A stretch of DNA of 64,000 nucleotides from NCBI GenBank assembly GCA_033764955.1, contig JANRIL010000006.1, forward strand, positions 32,001 through 96,000. Direction: 5' to 3'. The DNA comes from Cyanobacteriota bacterium (GTDB lineage Bacteria; Cyanobacteriota; Cyanobacteriia; Thermostichales; Thermostichaceae). A program made the translations under genes and the position numbers. This document shows, piece after piece, positions 11,356 to 21,215 of this stretch. Below the pieces are notes generated by a model. The model searched no databases, was not told the origin of the DNA, and saw only the letters and a list, made by a program, of their open reading frames with translations. Positions within the stretch are counted from its first letter, which is position 1. Each line of letters begins with the position of its first letter.

Positions 11356-11462
11356 AACCTAAAGATTTACAGGGATCCTCCTTCGCCCAGGATCGGTTGG
11401 GGAGGGCTAATATGAGTCTGATAATATAAAGTTAATTGAGAAACCCAATAGCAAGTAAGGGT

Positions 11463-11801
11463 ATGAGCGAGTTTGAAGATCCTAAGGATCGACCTCTCTA
11501 CATCATCTCGGTAGCAGCAGAACTGGTGAACATGCACCCGCAAACGTTACGCCTCTACGAAAAACGCGGGTTAGTGCAACCCCATCGAGACGGCAAGAAT
11601 CGCCTATATTCCCAGCGAGATATTGAACGGATTCTCTATATTCAAAAGCTCACCCGCGACCTAGGCGTTAACTTAGCGGGAGTGGAAGAAATTACCCGCC
11701 TGCAACAAGAATTGGAAAAACAAAAGCGCAAGATGCATGTGGAAATTCAACGCCTGCACAGCCAAATCGAAATCATGGAGTCTCAAATTGGTACCGACTA
11801 G
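11463..11801 (+). CDS. hspR: MerR-family regulator, HspR type
   Basis: [23 protein letters not shown]...[10 protein letters not shown]...[11 protein letters not shown]. Confidence 0.8.
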   Translation: MSEFEDPKDRPLYIISVAAELVNMHPQTLRLYEKRGLVQPHRDGKNRLYSQRDIERILYIQKLTRDLGVNLAGVEEITRLQQELEKQKRKMHVEIQRLHSQIEIMESQIGTD

Positions 11802-11868
11802 GATTCAGTGCCTCTGCAAGCCTCAACGGTCGGACTGGGTTGGCTAAAGTGATGAGGGCAATCCTGCT

Positions 11869-13152
11869 GTGCCTATTTTTATGTCTCGATCGGCTGGCTT
11901 TGTTTCTTGGTTTTGGGTGGGGGGGTGGGTACCCCTGGCTCTCGCCTTGCTGACGGTGAATGTTGCCCCCAGTTTGCTGGTAATGCTGATGGGATCCCTC
12001 TGGGGGGTAAGCCATCGCGCCCTCTGGCAACCGGATCCCTTGCTGGGGTGGGTTGGGGGGTTGGGGGTGGGATTGCTGGGGGTGACCTTTTTGGCCACCG
12101 ATTGGTCGCTGAGCATTCCAGGCTTGTTCAACTATTTGCCCTTTCTCCTGTTTTTTGCAGCCAGCAGCCAGATATTGCGATATCCCGAATGGCGGTTACT
12201 GAGCCTGCAAACATTGGTGGCTGGGAGTGGTTGGGTGGCGATGTTGGGCTGGGGGCAGTTTTTTTGGCATTGGCAAGGTGAGGTGACCATTCTGGGGATG
12301 CCGGTGCTGGAACTAGCGGCAACCGACCGTCCTACCTCAGTGTTTACCTCCCCCAATACGCTGGCGGTCTACTTGGTGGTGGTGTTGACCCTAGCAGTGG
12401 GATTATGGCTAGCGCGTCCTCGCCAGTGGCTCGCTCCCGCTGCCCTTGTCCTGGGCTTGCCCCTCTTGGTTGCCACCGCCTCCCGCAATGGTTGGGCCAT
12501 CGCCTGTTTGAGTCTGGTGGGCTTTTTGCTTTTTAAGCGGATGTGGGCGGCTTTCATCCCCTTGGGGGGGATGATCGGGATCCCTTTACTTGCCGCTCTC
12601 AACTGGTGGAACCTACGCCAATGGGTGCCCGCCCTATTTTGGCAACGGCTCGCCGATGCCTTCGATCCGCAAGCCCGTCATTTTGGATCGACGATTAGCC
12701 GCCTGGAGGCGTGGAATTTTGCCCTGGAGATGATCCGCCAGCGCCCCTGGCAAGGATGGGGTTGGCAGAGTTTCCCAGCTTACTACAATGCTCAGATACC
12801 GCCACCGACCGAACTCCTTAACCACTCCCACAACCTGTATTTGACCGTGGCTGCCGAGGGGGGATTGGGGATCGCCGTGGGGTTGGTGGGGTTGTGGGGA
12901 GTGATTGTGGGACGTGGCTGGCGACAGATCCAAGGGGATCCCGTTTTGTTGGCGGTTAACCTGGCTCTGCTGGCCTATTTTGCCTCAGGATTGCTGGATG
13001 CTGTATTTTTTGATGGGCGGATCAATCTCCTGTTTTGGGTGGTGTTGGCGGTGGCACACGGCAGTTCTTTGGCTAGGTCAGATGGGGACAGATCTAAGGG
13101 GATGCCAGAAGCCGCTCCCTTACCAGGAGAGCAGCCAGCTCAAGAACGTTAA
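11869..13152 (+). CDS. O-antigen ligase / IctB-like membrane protein
   Basis: Multi-[33 protein letters not shown] (Wzy_C motifs); start uncertain (11869 or 11881). Confidence 0.85.
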   Translation: MPIFMSRSAGFVSWFWVGGWVPLALALLTVNVAPSLLVMLMGSLWGVSHRALWQPDPLLGWVGGLGVGLLGVTFLATDWSLSIPGLFNYLPFLLFFAASSQILRYPEWRLLSLQTLVAGSGWVAMLGWGQFFWHWQGEVTILGMPVLELAATDRPTSVFTSPNTLAVYLVVVLTLAVGLWLARPRQWLAPAALVLGLPLLVATASRNGWAIACLSLVGFLLFKRMWAAFIPLGGMIGIPLLAALNWWNLRQWVPALFWQRLADAFDPQARHFGSTISRLEAWNFALEMIRQRPWQGWGWQSFPAYYNAQIPPPTELLNHSHNLYLTVAAEGGLGIAVGLVGLWGVIVGRGWRQIQGDPVLLAVNLALLAYFASGLLDAVFFDGRINLLFWVVLAVAHGSSLARSDGDRSKGMPEAAPLPGEQPAQER

Positions 13153-13207
13153 CGCTAGAGCTTGCTACAGTGGAATTTGCTCAATCTACAACCGGAGTGG
13201 CTGCTCA

Positions 13208-14626
13208 ATGAGTCGGGGAACGCTGTTTGATAAAGTCTGGGATCGGCATACCGTTACCCTTTTGCCGTCGGGGCAAACCCAGCTATTCATCGGGCTGCAC
13301 CTGATCCACGAAGTGACCAGCCCACAAGCGTTTGCCATGCTGCGGGAGCGGGGGTTGTCGGTGATGTTTCCTGAGCGCACCGTCGCCACCGTCGATCACA
13401 TTATTCCTACTGACAACCTAGCTCGCCCCTTGGCCGACAGCATGGCAGAAGAAATGCTGCAAGCCCTGGAGCGCAACTGCCAAGACTACGGCATCCGCTT
13501 TTATCCCCCTGGTTCTGGGCATCAAGGGGTGGTGCATGTGATTGCCCCAGAATTGGGTCTGACGCAACCGGGTATGACGGTGGCCTGCGGCGATAGCCAC
13601 ACCTCCACCCACGGGGCTTTCGGGGCGATTGCTTTCGGCATCGGCACCACCCAAATTGGGGATGTCTTAGCCAGCCAAACCCTTGCCCTCAGCAAGCTGA
13701 AAGTTCGACGCATTGAGGTGAATGGAGGGCTGCGACCAGGGGTTTATGCCAAAGATGTCATCCTGCACATCATCCGCATCCTGGGTGTGAAAGGGGGTGT
13801 CGGCTATGCCTACGAATTTGCCGGATCGACTATTGAGCAGATGAGCATGGAAGGCCGCATGACCCTCTGCAACATGGCAATCGAGGGGGGGGCACGCTGT
13901 GGCTATGTCAATCCTGATCCTGTCACCTATGCCTATTTGCAGGGACGGCAGTTTGCCCCGCAAGGATCGGCTTGGCAAGAGGCCGTGACCTGGTGGGAAA
14001 GCCTACGCAGTGATACCGACGCGGAGTACGACGATGTGGTGACCTTTGAGGCAGCAGATATCGCCCCCACCGTCACTTGGGGCATTACCCCTGGGCAAGG
14101 GATCCCGGTGGATGGGCGGATCCCGACTCCTGAAGAATTGGCCGAGAGTGAGCGGATGTTGGCGCAAGAAGCCTATGCCTACATGGATCTGCAACCGGGG
14201 GCATCCATTCAAGGTACCAAGGTGGATGTCTGCTTTATTGGCAGTTGCACCAACGGACGCCTCAGTGATCTGCGGGAAGCGGCTAAGTTTGCCCAAGGAC
14301 GACAGGTGGCTCCAGGGGTAAAAGCGTTTGTTGTCCCAGGTTCTGAGCGGGTCAAGCAGGAGGCCGAAGCGGAAGGACTGGATCAGATTTTTCGGGCGGC
14401 GGGCTTTGAGTGGCGAGAACCCGGTTGCTCGATGTGTCTAGCCATGAATCCCGACAAATTAGAGGGTCGGCAGTTAAGTGCTTCATCCTCTAACCGCAAC
14501 TTCAAGGGACGCCAGGGATCCGCCGCCGGACGGACGCTCTTGATGAGTCCCGCTATGGTAGTGGCCGCCGCCGTCACGGGTAGCGTGGCTGATGTGCGAA
14601 CTCTCATACCGAAGGAAACGGCATAG
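13208..14626 (+). CDS. leuC: 3-isopropylmalate dehydratase large subunit
   Basis: [49 protein letters not shown]. Confidence 0.98.
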   Translation: MSRGTLFDKVWDRHTVTLLPSGQTQLFIGLHLIHEVTSPQAFAMLRERGLSVMFPERTVATVDHIIPTDNLARPLADSMAEEMLQALERNCQDYGIRFYPPGSGHQGVVHVIAPELGLTQPGMTVACGDSHTSTHGAFGAIAFGIGTTQIGDVLASQTLALSKLKVRRIEVNGGLRPGVYAKDVILHIIRILGVKGGVGYAYEFAGSTIEQMSMEGRMTLCNMAIEGGARCGYVNPDPVTYAYLQGRQFAPQGSAWQEAVTWWESLRSDTDAEYDDVVTFEAADIAPTVTWGITPGQGIPVDGRIPTPEELAESERMLAQEAYAYMDLQPGASIQGTKVDVCFIGSCTNGRLSDLREAAKFAQGRQVAPGVKAFVVPGSERVKQEAEAEGLDQIFRAAGFEWREPGCSMCLAMNPDKLEGRQLSASSSNRNFKGRQGSAAGRTLLMSPAMVVAAAVTGSVADVRTLIPKETA

Positions 14627-14750
14627 CGGTCATGATCGCCATCGGCAGTTTTCTCCTGACTCCTCTCAGACAGTCATGCCAGATTCGGGGCAGGAAAAAC
14701 CTGTCGGGGCAACTGGGGATCTCAAATAGAAATATCGAAAACCATCGATC

Positions 14751-16433
14751 CTATCGGGATCCCGCCAAGGTGACGGAGGTTAAGGGGTCAGATTGAAGGG
14801 CATTAAAGTGACGATGCAGGTCAGGAATCAGGGTCAAATTGGCTAAGCCCAACTGATTGGGATCCAACTCAGGCTGTTCTTGGATGTAGCGAACCACCTG
14901 CTCCCGAATGGTTTCATCCGATTGCCAGAGCAGTTGCCCCTGCCTAAACATACTGAAGCCACTCCCTCCCACCGCTCGATAGTGATTGAGTGCCACCCGT
15001 AGCTTTTGATTGGGGAAGATCGCTTCTCCATCCAGACTTAGGTGGCGTAAGCGGTGCCCTATTGGTTGGGTGAGATCGAGGGTATAAGTGATGCCTGTGT
15101 AGAGATCCCAGTTGTAGTGGCGAGCCAAAGGAGCTTTCGCCGCTTCCGGCTGGGCGGGCAACTGGGCGGGATCCATCTGCTGAAAATATTCGGCGGTTTT
15201 TTCCAAAGCTTGCCGCAGCATCTCCCCCGTAATCTCTAAAACACAGAGATGGTTGTCATAGACCACAATGCTAAAGACATCTTGCAGGCTGACCAACCCT
15301 GCCGGGATCCCACCGCTATCGGAATTGAGGCTGGCAACTGATATCTGCACCGACCAGCCCGCCGCCTGAGCCGCCGCTATTTGGGCTTGGTTGATCAGAT
15401 GGGGAATCGGACTGTGCCACAAGCGCGCCTTAGCTCCACTGGGAAAGGCTCGTGGGGAGCGGCCAATCGGTTGGGCTAGGTAGCTGAGCACGGCTTGGTG
15501 AAAGGGTTCGGCCAATCGCAACAGCTCGGCATCGGCAGGGATCCCCTCTACCGAGAACAGGCAGGAGTCTTTGTGAACTATTCGCCAGGTGTGGTCGGCT
15601 TGCTCCTCCAGGTGGAGGTTTACTTTCGCCAGATGGGATCCCCAATGCCCCGGTTGCACCATCAGGGTGTGACCAATCGGGAGGGCAGGAATGGCTTGGT
15701 GGGTGTGTCCTGTGAAAAGAACATCAATCCCTGCTACTTGCTCGGCCAACTGGAGAGCCTGGTTCTCCTCCGGCAGTTGATGACCCATCGGCCAGTCGTG
15801 ATAATCACTCAGCCAATCCTGGGGTTGTCTCTGGTTGGGCATCCGCTCCGGCCCACTGTGTAAAACCACCACAATCACCGCCGCCCCCAAGTCCCGCAAC
15901 AAGGGCACATAGTAGTGAGCGGTTTCAATCACCGGATCAAAGCGCAACCCCACAATGTGATCCGCCCGCTCCCAGTGATCAATGCGGGGGGTAGTCAAGC
16001 CCAAGATCCCCACAGGGATCCCATCTACCTGCCTCAAGGCATAAGGTTGAAAGGCTTCACCGCCATCACTGGAGCGAATGTTGGCCGATAAGACAGGAAA
16101 GTAAGTCACTTTCATAAAGCGATGCAACACCGTTTGACCAAAATTAAAGTCATGATTTCCCAAGGTCATGCTGGTATAGTCCAGGGCATTCATCACCACG
16201 GCCATCGGGTGAGTCTGGGTAGGGATGGTCGCGTAATAACTGCCCAAAGGGGATCCCTGAATCGTATCGCCGCCATCCAGGAGGAGGGTGGCATGGGGGT
16301 TAAGCTGGCGTTCCCGCCGAACTAGGGTGGCGATTTTAGCTAAGCCATGTTCACTGCCTTGCCCTGAAAAATAATTCCAAGCCTGAATATGGGCATGGAG
16401 ATCTGAAGTTTGTAATAAGGTTAAGGTTTTCAT
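14751..16433 (-). CDS. Bifunctional metallophosphatase/5'-nucleotidase (CpdB/YfkN-like), no signal peptide
   Basis: TSDLH, DGGDTIQGS, LGNHDFN, GHTH motifs; C-terminal 5'-nucleotidase domain (NHYRAVGGSGF). Confidence 0.92.
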   Translation of the reverse strand: MKTLTLLQTSDLHAHIQAWNYFSGQGSEHGLAKIATLVRRERQLNPHATLLLDGGDTIQGSPLGSYYATIPTQTHPMAVVMNALDYTSMTLGNHDFNFGQTVLHRFMKVTYFPVLSANIRSSDGGEAFQPYALRQVDGIPVGILGLTTPRIDHWERADHIVGLRFDPVIETAHYYVPLLRDLGAAVIVVVLHSGPERMPNQRQPQDWLSDYHDWPMGHQLPEENQALQLAEQVAGIDVLFTGHTHQAIPALPIGHTLMVQPGHWGSHLAKVNLHLEEQADHTWRIVHKDSCLFSVEGIPADAELLRLAEPFHQAVLSYLAQPIGRSPRAFPSGAKARLWHSPIPHLINQAQIAAAQAAGWSVQISVASLNSDSGGIPAGLVSLQDVFSIVVYDNHLCVLEITGEMLRQALEKTAEYFQQMDPAQLPAQPEAAKAPLARHYNWDLYTGITYTLDLTQPIGHRLRHLSLDGEAIFPNQKLRVALNHYRAVGGSGFSMFRQGQLLWQSDETIREQVVRYIQEQPELDPNQLGLANLTLIPDLHRHFNALQSDPLTSVTLAGSR

Positions 16434-16542
16434 AGAGGAGAAATCATACCCTTAAAAAATGTGTTTCATTTCCCTCAACACTATCACTCACTTTCCTGCC
16501 ACGTTTAAGATAAGGGTAGATCTTCTCCTTGATCTCTAACTT

Positions 16543-17325
16543 ATGGAAGTCTTGTTTCCTGGTTTATTGAGCCTATTGGCAGCCTTAACCATCGGTGGAT
16601 TTCGCCTGGATCGGGAATATCAACGGGGGGTGATCTATCGGTTAGGGAGGTGTCGTCATACCCTAGGTCCCGGTCTTTATTGGATTATTCCTGTCATCGA
16701 TCAAAAAGTTCAAGTGGATATTCGCACGAAGACGGTGGATGTGGCTCCCCAAGAAACGGTAACTGCTGATAGCGTGACGATTAAGGTGAATGCGGTTCTC
16801 TATTATCGAATTTTGGATCCGATTAAGGCTCTCAATAAGGTAGAAAGTTATGAGGTTGCGGTTTATCAAACAGCCATGACGACCTTAAGAAATGTTGTCG
16901 GACAAAACATTCTAGATGATATCCTACAAAACCGCGACAAAATTAATGTACGGGTTCAAGAAATCGTAGATGAGATCACCGAACCATGGGGTATTGTTAT
17001 TGAGAGGGTCGAGATTAAAGATGTAGAAATTCCTCTGGGGATGCAGCGGGCGATGGCGAAAGAAGCGGAGGCGATCCGCGAAAAACGTTCCCGTTTGATC
17101 AAGGCGGCGGCAGAACAGGAAGCCTCCATCAAACTGGCTGAAGCCTCCAAAGCAATTGTCAATAACCCAGCCGCTTTAGAATTGCGCCGATTGCAGATGA
17201 TCACCGAAATCGGAGCCGAAAACAATACGGCAACCATTATTTTGATGCCCTCTGATTTTCTCCATTTAGCCAAAAACTGGTCGCAAACCCTGGAAAAGGC
17301 AAAGCCATCTGACCCTGCCTCCTGA
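16543..17325 (+). CDS. SPFH/band-7 stomatin-like (slipin) protein
   Basis: EYQRGVIYRLG, QETVTADSVTIKVNAV, TTLRNVVG, RVEIKDV, ALELRRLQ. Confidence 0.93.
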   Translation: MEVLFPGLLSLLAALTIGGFRLDREYQRGVIYRLGRCRHTLGPGLYWIIPVIDQKVQVDIRTKTVDVAPQETVTADSVTIKVNAVLYYRILDPIKALNKVESYEVAVYQTAMTTLRNVVGQNILDDILQNRDKINVRVQEIVDEITEPWGIVIERVEIKDVEIPLGMQRAMAKEAEAIREKRSRLIKAAAEQEASIKLAEASKAIVNNPAALELRRLQMITEIGAENNTATIILMPSDFLHLAKNWSQTLEKAKPSDPAS

Positions 17326-17367
17326 TCAGGCAGACTAAGGTAGCCATCAGAAAATAGGCAGGTCGTG

Positions 17368-18348
17368 ATGCGTTTGCATGTGCAGCCCCAAAGTGGGATC
17401 CCGGCATCGACCCAACTCGTCACTCAGATCAGTTTTGCCATCGCCTGTGGACACTATCCCCAGGGCTATCGCTTGCCCAGTACCCGCCAACTGGCCATGC
17501 AAACAGGTCTGCACCGCAACACCATCAGCAAGGTCTATCATCAGTTGGAAGCGGCTGGCCTGGTAGAAACCCGCGCCGGATCGGGAATCTACGTGAGTGC
17601 CTCCGAGCAGGCTGTCCATTTGGCACTGCAAACCCATGACCTAGCCGATCAAAAAGCTGCTTATTTGGTGGTGAAACAAGGGCTGAACCAACTGCTAAAA
17701 AGTGGTTGTAGCCTGAGTCAAGCTAGGGATTTGTTTCTGGCAGAAATTGACTGGCGATTGCGTTGCAGTGCTCAGGTGTTGCTGTGTGTGCCACAGGCGG
17801 ATCTGGGAACTGGACAACTGATGCTGAGAGAACTTGAGACGGCACTCTCTCTGCCAATCCAACTGGTTCCCCTTGAAGATCTGCCCCTCCTCTTGACCCA
17901 ATCCCACTCCGCCACGCTGGTCACTATCCCTTATTTTCGGGCGCAGGTGGAGGCGGTGGCGGATCCCTGGGCGGTGCGGGTGATTCCTATTGAGATCTAT
18001 GACTATCAAGCGGAGTTGGAGCAAATTCAACAGCTACCCCCTGATCGTTGTTTGGGGTTGGTCAGCCTCAGCCGAGCCATGTTGGGGGTGGCGGAGGCGA
18101 TTGTCTATAGCCTGCGGGGAGAGGAGATCTTGGTGTTGACGGCTACCGCCGATGAGCGGGATCCGCTGCGACAGATGGTGAGGCGAGCGGATCTGTTAAT
18201 TGCGGATGCGGGCAGCTATGCCACCGTCAAAGCCTTACTGAGGGAAGCCCGCCCCGACTTAATCCGTTTGCCGCCCTTACTCCAAACCCATCCCCACATC
18301 AAACCGGAGTCGCTGGCTCTCCTGAAACGGGAACTGGGGGATCCCTAA
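17368..18348 (+). CDS. plmA: GntR-family regulator PlmA
   Basis: IPASTQL..QI.FAIA, RLPSTRQLAMQTGLHRNTISKVY, LFLAEIDWRLRCSA. Confidence 0.9.
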   Translation: MRLHVQPQSGIPASTQLVTQISFAIACGHYPQGYRLPSTRQLAMQTGLHRNTISKVYHQLEAAGLVETRAGSGIYVSASEQAVHLALQTHDLADQKAAYLVVKQGLNQLLKSGCSLSQARDLFLAEIDWRLRCSAQVLLCVPQADLGTGQLMLRELETALSLPIQLVPLEDLPLLLTQSHSATLVTIPYFRAQVEAVADPWAVRVIPIEIYDYQAELEQIQQLPPDRCLGLVSLSRAMLGVAEAIVYSLRGEEILVLTATADERDPLRQMVRRADLLIADAGSYATVKALLREARPDLIRLPPLLQTHPHIKPESLALLKRELGDP

Positions 18349-19220
18349 CCCTCTTCGGTCAGGAAATCCAAAACGCACTGATTAAACTGGTCTGCCTTTT
18401 CCACCTGCGGCCAGTGCCCGCACTCCTCAAACACCCGTAGGCGAGCCTGTGGGATGAGAGCGACGGCACGCTTGCCATGGGCAAGGGGCAGGATGGGATC
18501 TTGGGATCCCCAGATCAACAGGGTGGGAAGATCCAGGTTGGGCAGTTGGCGAAGCAGGGGCTGATAGACCTGCGGTTTGACGCCCCAAAGGTTGAGGTTG
18601 GTTTGAGCCAGACGGAGAGCGGCGGTTTTGCTTCCCGGCCAGCCAAATTTTTGATAACTCCATTCCACCCACTCCGGCGGCACAATCCGGCGATCCACCA
18701 CATTCCCCCGCAGACTGAGGGAGGCTCCCCAGCGGGTCGGAACCGCCAATAGACCCACCCCAGGTAGGCTAGCCAACCGCAGGGGCAAAGCAATCTCCTG
18801 GCCCAGGCCAAAACCCGCCACCACCACCAGCCGCTCCACCCGTTCCGGTTGGGTAAGCGCCAGATGTAGGGCAACCCCTCCCCCCATCGAGTTGCCGATC
18901 AGCGTCGCCGTCGGGATCCCTAGGGCGGCCATAAACCCCGCCAAAAAGTCGGCTTGATAGGCCAAAGTATAGTCGGCCTCCGGTTTGTCGGAGCGTCCTG
19001 ACCCCACCATATCTAGTGCATAAACCTGATGCTGCTCCGCCAAAGCCGCCAGATTATAGCTCCAAATCTCTACGGAACTCATGCCCCCATGCAACAAAAT
19101 CAGGGGTGACCCACCGGATCCCACCTGCCAATAGCGGGCGCGCACATCTGCCACCCACACATACCGATCCTCTGGAGGCGGAGGCAAGGGTCTCCAGGAG
19201 ACTGAATCACCAATAGTCAT
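18345..19220 (-). CDS. Alpha/beta-fold hydrolase
   Basis: LLHGG, GNSMGG nucleophile elbow, WGSQD, CGHWPQVE. Confidence 0.92.
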   Translation of the reverse strand: MTIGDSVSWRPLPPPPEDRYVWVADVRARYWQVGSGGSPLILLHGGMSSVEIWSYNLAALAEQHQVYALDMVGSGRSDKPEADYTLAYQADFLAGFMAALGIPTATLIGNSMGGGVALHLALTQPERVERLVVVAGFGLGQEIALPLRLASLPGVGLLAVPTRWGASLSLRGNVVDRRIVPPEWVEWSYQKFGWPGSKTAALRLAQTNLNLWGVKPQVYQPLLRQLPNLDLPTLLIWGSQDPILPLAHGKRAVALIPQARLRVFEECGHWPQVEKADQFNQCVLDFLTEEG

Positions 19221-19423
19221 CAGGAGGAAAGGAGGGATCCCTGTTGATGTTTGCGACTTTCTAACACCTCCAAGCGAGCCAAGGTGGAGGCAGCATCCGC
19301 CAACTGCAACGCCAGGTTAGCCCGACAGACGGGGTCTTTAGCCTGCCAAAGATCTTGCCCTAAGCAATGCACCCGATAGCGAAACGCTTTGATGGAATGA
19401 GCGGGGATCACCTTGACCGACAT
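19220..19423 (-). CDS. Small hypothetical protein
   Basis: 67-aa ORF tightly packed between two same-strand genes (1-nt overlap and 2-nt gap). Confidence 0.7.
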   Translation of the reverse strand: MSVKVIPAHSIKAFRYRVHCLGQDLWQAKDPVCRANLALQLADAASTLARLEVLESRKHQQGSLLSS

Positions 19424-19425
19424 GA

Positions 19426-19752
19426 TTACAACCTCTTTTCCACAGAAACATGCGTACTGAGCAGCACCCGTTCCGGCTCTAAGTAAACAAATGTTACCAA
19501 GATTACTTCGTCGTCCGATTCAATCCTAACAGCACAGGTGGCCTGGGGTGGCTCCACCCGCTCATGGCGGACACCGACACGATACTCACCAAGCGAGAGA
19601 TCATCAAAGCCTGCGTCTGCATAGACTAATTCAATCACTTCTTCGGCTGGCTCAATGCCAGCTCCCTCAAGATAGGTGACAAAAGGGATCCCGTCGATAG
19701 AAGTGAGGGCATTGTTTAGGTGGTTGCGAACCATAACAAAAATATCAGACAT
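19426..19752 (-). CDS. Hypothetical protein (beta-rich)
   Basis: ATG 19752 overlaps the upstream methyltransferase stop; operon-like packing. Confidence 0.65.
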   Translation of the reverse strand: MSDIFVMVRNHLNNALTSIDGIPFVTYLEGAGIEPAEEVIELVYADAGFDDLSLGEYRVGVRHERVEPPQATCAVRIESDDEVILVTFVYLEPERVLLSTHVSVEKRL

Positions 19753-20395
19753 ACCAGCGTGCCCCTGCCTGACCACGGCTAGCCTGTAGCACCTGCAAGC
19801 TGCCGAAGGCGTGGAGAGCTTGCCGACACTCGCCAAAGCCGCAGGCTGTCAGATGGTCGGGAAGAGCCATCCCCAAAAAGTCCCAAGCGGTTTCGGTTTC
19901 AAAGGCCAGCAAAAAAGCTGCCAATCCCGGCCAGATCCAGGCTTGTTGAGGGGTATGCAGATCGAGGGCAAGCAGCAATCCATCGGGAGTCAACACCCGC
20001 CCAATCTCCCGCAACACTTCCAGGATCACCGATTGCGGCCATTCATGCAGTGCCAGACTAATATGCACCACCTCAAAACTCGCATCAGGAAAGGGCATCG
20101 CCTGGGCAAACCCCTCCACAAACTCCGTCTGAGGGAAGCGTCGGCGGGCTTCCGCCAAAGCCCGTGGGGAGGCATCTAATCCGGTCACCCGTTGCGAATG
20201 CTGGAGCAAAAAGGAGGTAGCTTCCCCTGGCCCACAGCAGAGATCCAAGACGCGATCCTGACCTTGCAGGCGGATCCCTTGCAGGGGGAGGCGGTGCAGT
20301 TGAGCATATCCCCCGACGGTGAGGGCTGCTAAACGCGCCACACTGCCATAAAACCAGGGGTAACGATAGCTCCAGGAACGGAGGATAGTAGCCAT
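19745..20395 (-). CDS. Class I SAM-dependent methyltransferase (UbiE-like)
   Basis: VLDLCCGPG, GLDAS, PFPDASF, ALHE. Confidence 0.9.
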   Translation of the reverse strand: MATILRSWSYRYPWFYGSVARLAALTVGGYAQLHRLPLQGIRLQGQDRVLDLCCGPGEATSFLLQHSQRVTGLDASPRALAEARRRFPQTEFVEGFAQAMPFPDASFEVVHISLALHEWPQSVILEVLREIGRVLTPDGLLLALDLHTPQQAWIWPGLAAFLLAFETETAWDFLGMALPDHLTACGFGECRQALHAFGSLQVLQASRGQAGARWYV

Positions 20396-20480
20396 AGTAT
20401 GGAAAGGGGATCCCTATCGACCAGTTTAAGGCCAAGGCATCCCTAGCCAAACCTGTTGCGGAGGAAAGAAGGAAACCATT

Positions 20481-21164
20481 ATGGCGGTGGTTTTGCAGAA
20501 TGTTGTGCCCTTTGGGCGTTCGGCAGCCGAGTATCAGAGAATGTTTAATCTGACGGCTCAGGATCAGCAAAAAACCATTCTGAGTGTGGCGGATGGTCCA
20601 GCTAGTTTTAATGCCGACATGACCCAGCAGGGATGGTCAGTGATATCGATGGATCCCCTCTATGCGCTGGACTCAGCCGACATTTGGCAGAGGTTTATGG
20701 AGTGTCTGGATCCGATTATTGAGCAGGTCAACAATACCCCCGATGACTGGGTGTGGAGTTATCATCAATCCCCTGCCCATCTTAAGCAAAACCGCATTCA
20801 GGTGATGCAACGATTTTTGGCTGACTATGCGGGGGGCAAACAAACAGGGCGCTATCAAGTGGGATCCCTACCTCACCTTGCCTATCCCGATCAAGCCTTT
20901 GATCTGGTTTTGTGCTCGCATTTTTTGTTTTTATATTCGGCTCATTTTGATGTTAATTTTCATCTGAAGTCCATTCAAGAGATGGTGCGGGTTGGCCGAG
21001 AGGTCAGAATTTTTCCGCTCTTGACTCTGGATCTACAACTCTCTCCCCACCTCAAACCCATTCAGCAGGAATTGGCCATATCTGGCATTCCCTCTAGCCT
21101 CGTCTCTGTCTCCTATGAACTGCAAAAAGGGGCCAATCAAATGCTTGTGCTTCGCCATACCTGA
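20481..21164 (+). CDS. SAM-dependent methyltransferase
   Basis: VADGPASF, FDLVLCSHFLFLYS, EVRIFPL. Confidence 0.85.
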   Translation: MAVVLQNVVPFGRSAAEYQRMFNLTAQDQQKTILSVADGPASFNADMTQQGWSVISMDPLYALDSADIWQRFMECLDPIIEQVNNTPDDWVWSYHQSPAHLKQNRIQVMQRFLADYAGGKQTGRYQVGSLPHLAYPDQAFDLVLCSHFLFLYSAHFDVNFHLKSIQEMVRVGREVRIFPLLTLDLQLSPHLKPIQQELAISGIPSSLVSVSYELQKGANQMLVLRHT

Positions 21165-21215
21165 GGGAGCAACCTGAGGGATGAATGGGCGGATGTTGTA
21201 GGTGGAGGAACATGG

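Noticed and set aside
12905..13207. 101-aa N-terminal extension of LeuC in the ORF track
   Set aside because: It overlaps the O-antigen ligase gene; LeuC homology starts at ATG 13208. Similar over-extensions of folB, recA, yqeG, glbN, psaA and psaB were trimmed
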